From Trichoplax adhaerens (taxonomy: Eukaryota; Animalia; Placozoa), in NCBI RefSeq assembly GCF_000150275.1, contig NW_002060955.1, positions 1,346,287 to 1,410,286 of the forward strand: 64,000 nucleotides of DNA, in the 5' to 3' direction. A program made the position numbers and the translations under genes. How positions within the stretch are numbered: position 1 is the first letter of the stretch; the number at the start of each line of letters is the position of its first letter. Shown one piece after another: positions 63,129-64,000 of the stretch. The notes beneath the pieces were generated by a model. That model saw nothing but the letters and a program-made list of their open reading frames with translations, was not told the origin of the DNA and made no database searches.

Positions 63129-64000
63129 ATGGATAACAATAGTAGTAATTATAGCAATATATCTGTTGAAACGGACAGGCTAAATCTCCGTCAATTTCTT
63201 GTATATTTTGGAATAGTAGGCATAGCGCTAAATATTATCGGTTTGTTAATCAATCTTATCCTACTATACATTTTGGCTACTAATCGTCATGTCTATAAAA
63301 CAACTTATTCTTTAGTGATGATAGGGGTTTTATCTGATATCGTTACAAATGTAACAGCTATATTTGCCTTCAGCTTCACGATATCAACTTCGATCAGCTA
63401 CAGTTACGGAACCTTGATTTGCCGCGCTATTCAACAAATTTCCTTCTCTTCTCTTGGCATATCCATTTACAATTTATGCTTAATTAGTTTTGATCGTTAT
63501 ATTGCAATCGTTAGGCCTCTCAATTTATTTTATCGTCGTCATAAAAAGCAAATCTTTTTTATGAGTGAAATAGTCCTATTGCTGTTTTCTATTATAGTTG
63601 CTTTACCAAGAACAATGGCTATTGGAGTTTACGAGGATGAGACAACATTTTGTGATGATAAGATCATAACTATAACAGATTCAATTTTGATGATATTACA
63701 CTCATTTCTAGTCATTATTTTACCATCGTTGTTCATTTTCATTATATATCGGCGAATAATCGTTCATCAGCAAATTTTTGTACGCCTAAAAGGTATTTAT
63801 ATTAATGGAAGACAAACGCAACTAACGCAAAAACAAAAGCATCTCAGAGCTTTCATAAATATTTCAGCTTACAATATCATTAATATTTGGCCTTTCTGTA
63901 TATTTAACATTGTACAAGCAATAACTCAAAAACCGTTACTACAAGTAAAAAATGAAAGCATAGCCCTATTTATCATTTCGGTTATTTGTATGTCTACTCT
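63129..64000 (+). CDS. Rhodopsin-family GPCR, intronless, 3'-truncated by the window end; paralog of 7431-8447
   Basis: ATG at 63129 opens MDNNSSNYSNISVE... with N-glycosylation sequons, then YKTTYSL, GTLICR, LCLISFDRYIAIVRP, VYEDETTFCD and TM6 WP. It shares YKT-x-Y and VY-x-DET-x-x-CD with the first GPCR. Absent from the ORF track because there is no stop codon in the window. Confidence 0.93.
   Translation, partial: MDNNSSNYSNISVETDRLNLRQFLVYFGIVGIALNIIGLLINLILLYILATNRHVYKTTYSLVMIGVLSDIVTNVTAIFAFSFTISTSISYSYGTLICRAIQQISFSSLGISIYNLCLISFDRYIAIVRPLNLFYRRHKKQIFFMSEIVLLLFSIIVALPRTMAIGVYEDETTFCDDKIITITDSILMILHSFLVIILPSLFIFIIYRRIIVHQQIFVRLKGIYINGRQTQLTQKQKHLRAFINISAYNIINIWPFCIFNIVQAITQKPLLQVKNESIALFIISVICMST

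Overview
AT-rich, intron-containing animal genomic DNA with short GT-AG introns and intronless class A GPCRs. The style resembles a placozoan such as Trichoplax, which is an inference from sequence character only. Genes assembled by hand from splice sites and reading frames: a PAP2/PLPP6-like lipid phosphatase (+), two paralogous rhodopsin-type GPCRs (+, the second runs off the window), a small secreted MAM + 2xEGF protein (-), a protein with a C-terminal BESS-like motif (+), dCMP deaminase DCTD (-), an ARHGEF17-like RhoGEF (+; start codon and two first exons missed by the ORF track), ribonucleotide reductase RRM1 (+) and KEOPS subunit PCC1/LAGE3 (-). About 18-39 kb is dense in tandem repeats. 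Most notable: (1) the last intron of DCTD holds four degenerate copies of its own splice acceptor and terminal exon; (2) RRM1 intron 2 holds a promoter-like block with E2F-type sites and an in-frame candidate alternative first exon that would replace the ATP-cone N-terminus; (3) a TIR-bounded MITE with an internal hairpin-unit satellite lies just upstream of DCTD; (4) a two-copy structured element shows a compensatory base change; (5) TACTGTA/TACAGTA clusters appear to mark promoters. No database searches or folding programs were run.
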